Shown here: one piece after another, positions 24,820 through 26,246 of the stretch
Layout: each line of letters starts with the position of its first letter
Position numbering within the stretch: the first letter of the stretch is position 1
From: a virus
Taxonomy: Duplodnaviria > Caudoviricetes
Virus record (IMG/VR): IMGVR_UViG_3300030059_001537
Coordinates: 1 to 26,246 of that record
Strand: one strand, 5' to 3'
DNA: 26,246 nt
Notes under the pieces: model-generated
What the model saw: the letters and a program-made list of their open reading frames with translations, nothing else
Databases searched by the model: none
What the model was told of the DNA's origin: nothing
Made by a program: the position numbers and the translations under genes

Positions 24820-26246
24820 TTATTTTTTGTTTATTATTTTTTTTAACTCTTCTATCTCAGCTTTTAATTCTTTAATAGCTTCAACAAGCAATGGAGCGAC
24901 ACCTTGATGTCTCATTGATAACATACCATCTCTTTCTTCTCTCACAAGTTCTGGTACAACTTTCTTAACATCTTGAGCTATAAAACCTATATCTTCTTTA
25001 ATGTTTGCTATATCTTGTTTTTTCCAATCAAATGTAACACCTTGTAATTTAGTTACTTTATCTAAAGCGGATTCAATAGGTTTAATATTTTCTTTTAATC
25101 TAATATCTGATGGTGCGCCAAACGCAATTTGCGCTCCAGAAGATATAAAAGTTCCAGAACTCATAGTGTGCTGAAATCTTACGCTGCTTCCTTGTCTCCA
25201 AAGTATATTACCACAATTCATATCGAAGTAAGTGTCCGAATTATTTGTGTGAAATCTTATAAATCTACTTGATCCAAGATTTCCTATATAGAAATCACCA
25301 ACACCATTGCCATCTCTTATTAATGCAGTTCCATCTACATGAAGTTTAGTACTTGGAACTGTACCTATACCAACATTTCCATCTAACTTCACATAAGTAT
25401 TAGTACATGTTAAATTTTGCGCTCCGCCAGCAGTAAGGGCAACTTCATTAGTATTACTACGGAACATACCAGTGTTTGTATCACCATTAAAAGTATGAGT
25501 TGGTAAACCTTTTGATCCATATCCAACCAAAACATATCCACCTACAAAATTACCTACTGCGCTAATATTTCCTGTAGATGAAAAACTTCCAGAACAAGTT
25601 AAAAGTCCAGATGTAGCATTAAGTCTTACATCAAAATCTGCAGTTGAAGTATTGCTTGTATGAAAATCAAGGTATCTACCTATTTCTGATAAACCATCTG
25701 ATCCTACTGTAATTGCACCTCCATTATGCCAAGATCCACTAACTGGTTTTCTTAAACTAATAGTTCCTGAAGTTGTTATAGTTCCACTCGAAGATCCGTT
25801 TGCTAACACAGGTAATGTTACTCCTATTGAAGTAACTGTACCTTGATTACCAGCAGAGGTTATATATCCAGCTCCATTAGTTAATTGATTGTTGTTAGTA
25901 ATATTGTTAGCATTAGTTGCTCCTGTATAACCTAAGTTAGCAAGAGTCATTGCTCTGGTGGTAAATGCTGTTACAACACCTTGTGTTAAACTTACAGTAC
26001 TTATAACTGTAGAACCAGGAGTGCTAATGTTAGTTGATGTTCCTATAGTAGTATTTCCTGATGAGGTAACAAAACCTCTACCGTTCGTAAGTTGATTATT
26101 GTTAGTAAAACCGTTATATCCAGCACCATTAGCTAACTGATTATTGTTAGTAATGTAATTTGCGTTTGTAGCACCTGTATAACCAAGTGTAGCTAATGTA
26201 GTTGTAGCAGATGTTAGACTTGTAACGTGACCATACGTGTCTAATG
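24820..26246 (-). CDS. Tail fibre/spike with C-terminal intramolecular chaperone (peptidase S74), 5'-truncated by the window edge
   Basis: The frame stays open upstream of the track's ATG 25950 to the window end (...LDTYGHVTSLTSATTTLATLGYTG...). S74 signature SDIRLKENIKPIESALDKVTKLQGVTFDWK...GFIAQDV...LVEAIKEL starts at about 25110. GNVGIGT and F.GDTNTGMFR fibre motifs are present. Confidence 0.85.
   Translation of the reverse strand, partial: LDTYGHVTSLTSATTTLATLGYTGATNANYITNNNQLANGAGYNGFTNNNQLTNGRGFVTSSGNTTIGTSTNISTPGSTVISTVSLTQGVVTAFTTRAMTLANLGYTGATNANNITNNNQLTNGAGYITSAGNQGTVTSIGVTLPVLANGSSSGTITTSGTISLRKPVSGSWHNGGAITVGSDGLSEIGRYLDFHTSNTSTADFDVRLNATSGLLTCSGSFSSTGNISAVGNFVGGYVLVGYGSKGLPTHTFNGDTNTGMFRSNTNEVALTAGGAQNLTCTNTYVKLDGNVGIGTVPSTKLHVDGTALIRDGNGVGDFYIGNLGSSRFIRFHTNNSDTYFDMNCGNILWRQGSSVRFQHTMSSGTFISSGAQIAFGAPSDIRLKENIKPIESALDKVTKLQGVTFDWKKQDIANIKEDIGFIAQDVKKVVPELVREERDGMLSMRHQGVAPLLVEAIKELKAEIEELKKIINKK
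25864..26199 (-). repeat. Intragenic 28-aa repeat in the tail fibre (copies 25864-25947 and 26116-26199, plus a partial copy between)
   Basis: TLANLGYTGATNANNITNNNQLTNGAGY versus TLATLGYTGATNANYITNNNQLANGAGY; partial FTNNNQLTNGRGF. Confidence 0.85.

Larger units (their letters stand above)
1..26246 (-). mobile_element. Bacteriophage genome segment (virion morphogenesis module) of a crAss-related/Bacteroidota-type podovirus
   Basis: Tightly packed co-oriented genes including terminase, portal, MCP, tail ring/muzzle-like and S74-bearing tail fibre genes. No host housekeeping genes, integrase or att site in the window, so free phage versus prophage cannot be decided. Confidence 0.93.

Noticed and set aside
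3935-24846. Plus-strand ORFs in the track (3935-4135, 9797-9991, 14678-14866, 18568-18903, 19208-19396, 20336-20524, 20953-21228, 24661-24846)
   Set aside because: Short, antisense to long well-supported genes, with no recognisable motifs: shadow ORFs.
25864-26199. Tail-fibre repeat as a DGR template/variable repeat pair
   Set aside because: Differences are mostly synonymous and not adenine-specific, both copies are in frame mid-gene, and no reverse transcriptase is in the window.
1-26246. tRNA, rRNA, CRISPR array, integrase or att site
   Set aside because: Intergenic gaps are all under about 100 nt and are explained by terminators, promoters and leaders. No cloverleaf or regularly spaced repeats were seen.

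Overview
An AT-rich (roughly 30% GC by eye) 26-kb segment of a tailed dsDNA phage genome. All credible genes lie on the minus strand. In transcription order (right to left): a tail fibre with an S74 intramolecular chaperone (partial), several small tail-associated or unknown genes including a paralogous pair, a tandem GroES-like protein, putative TerS, TerL, portal, a very basic small protein, a scaffold-like protein, the major capsid protein, a conserved post-MCP gene, three small paralogous genes, two ring/adaptor-type tail proteins, a large P22 gp10/crAss 'muzzle'-like protein that seems split over two genes around a Cys-rich modular gene, a cupin, and ejection/cargo-type proteins (the last one partial). 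Gene order and motifs fit a podovirus distantly related to crAss-like phages. TAnnTTTG promoter boxes and the lack of Shine-Dalgarno sequences point to a Bacteroidota host. Most notable: (1) a ~65-aa module inserted in-frame in three unrelated virion proteins (four copies); (2) a 1.6-kb three-paralog unit bounded by direct-repeat terminator+promoter cassettes; (3) an apparently split muzzle protein; (4) a 21-bp promoter-like element shared by the portal and scaffold/MCP units, one copy embedded in terL. Product names come from recalled motifs and synteny, not from database searches.
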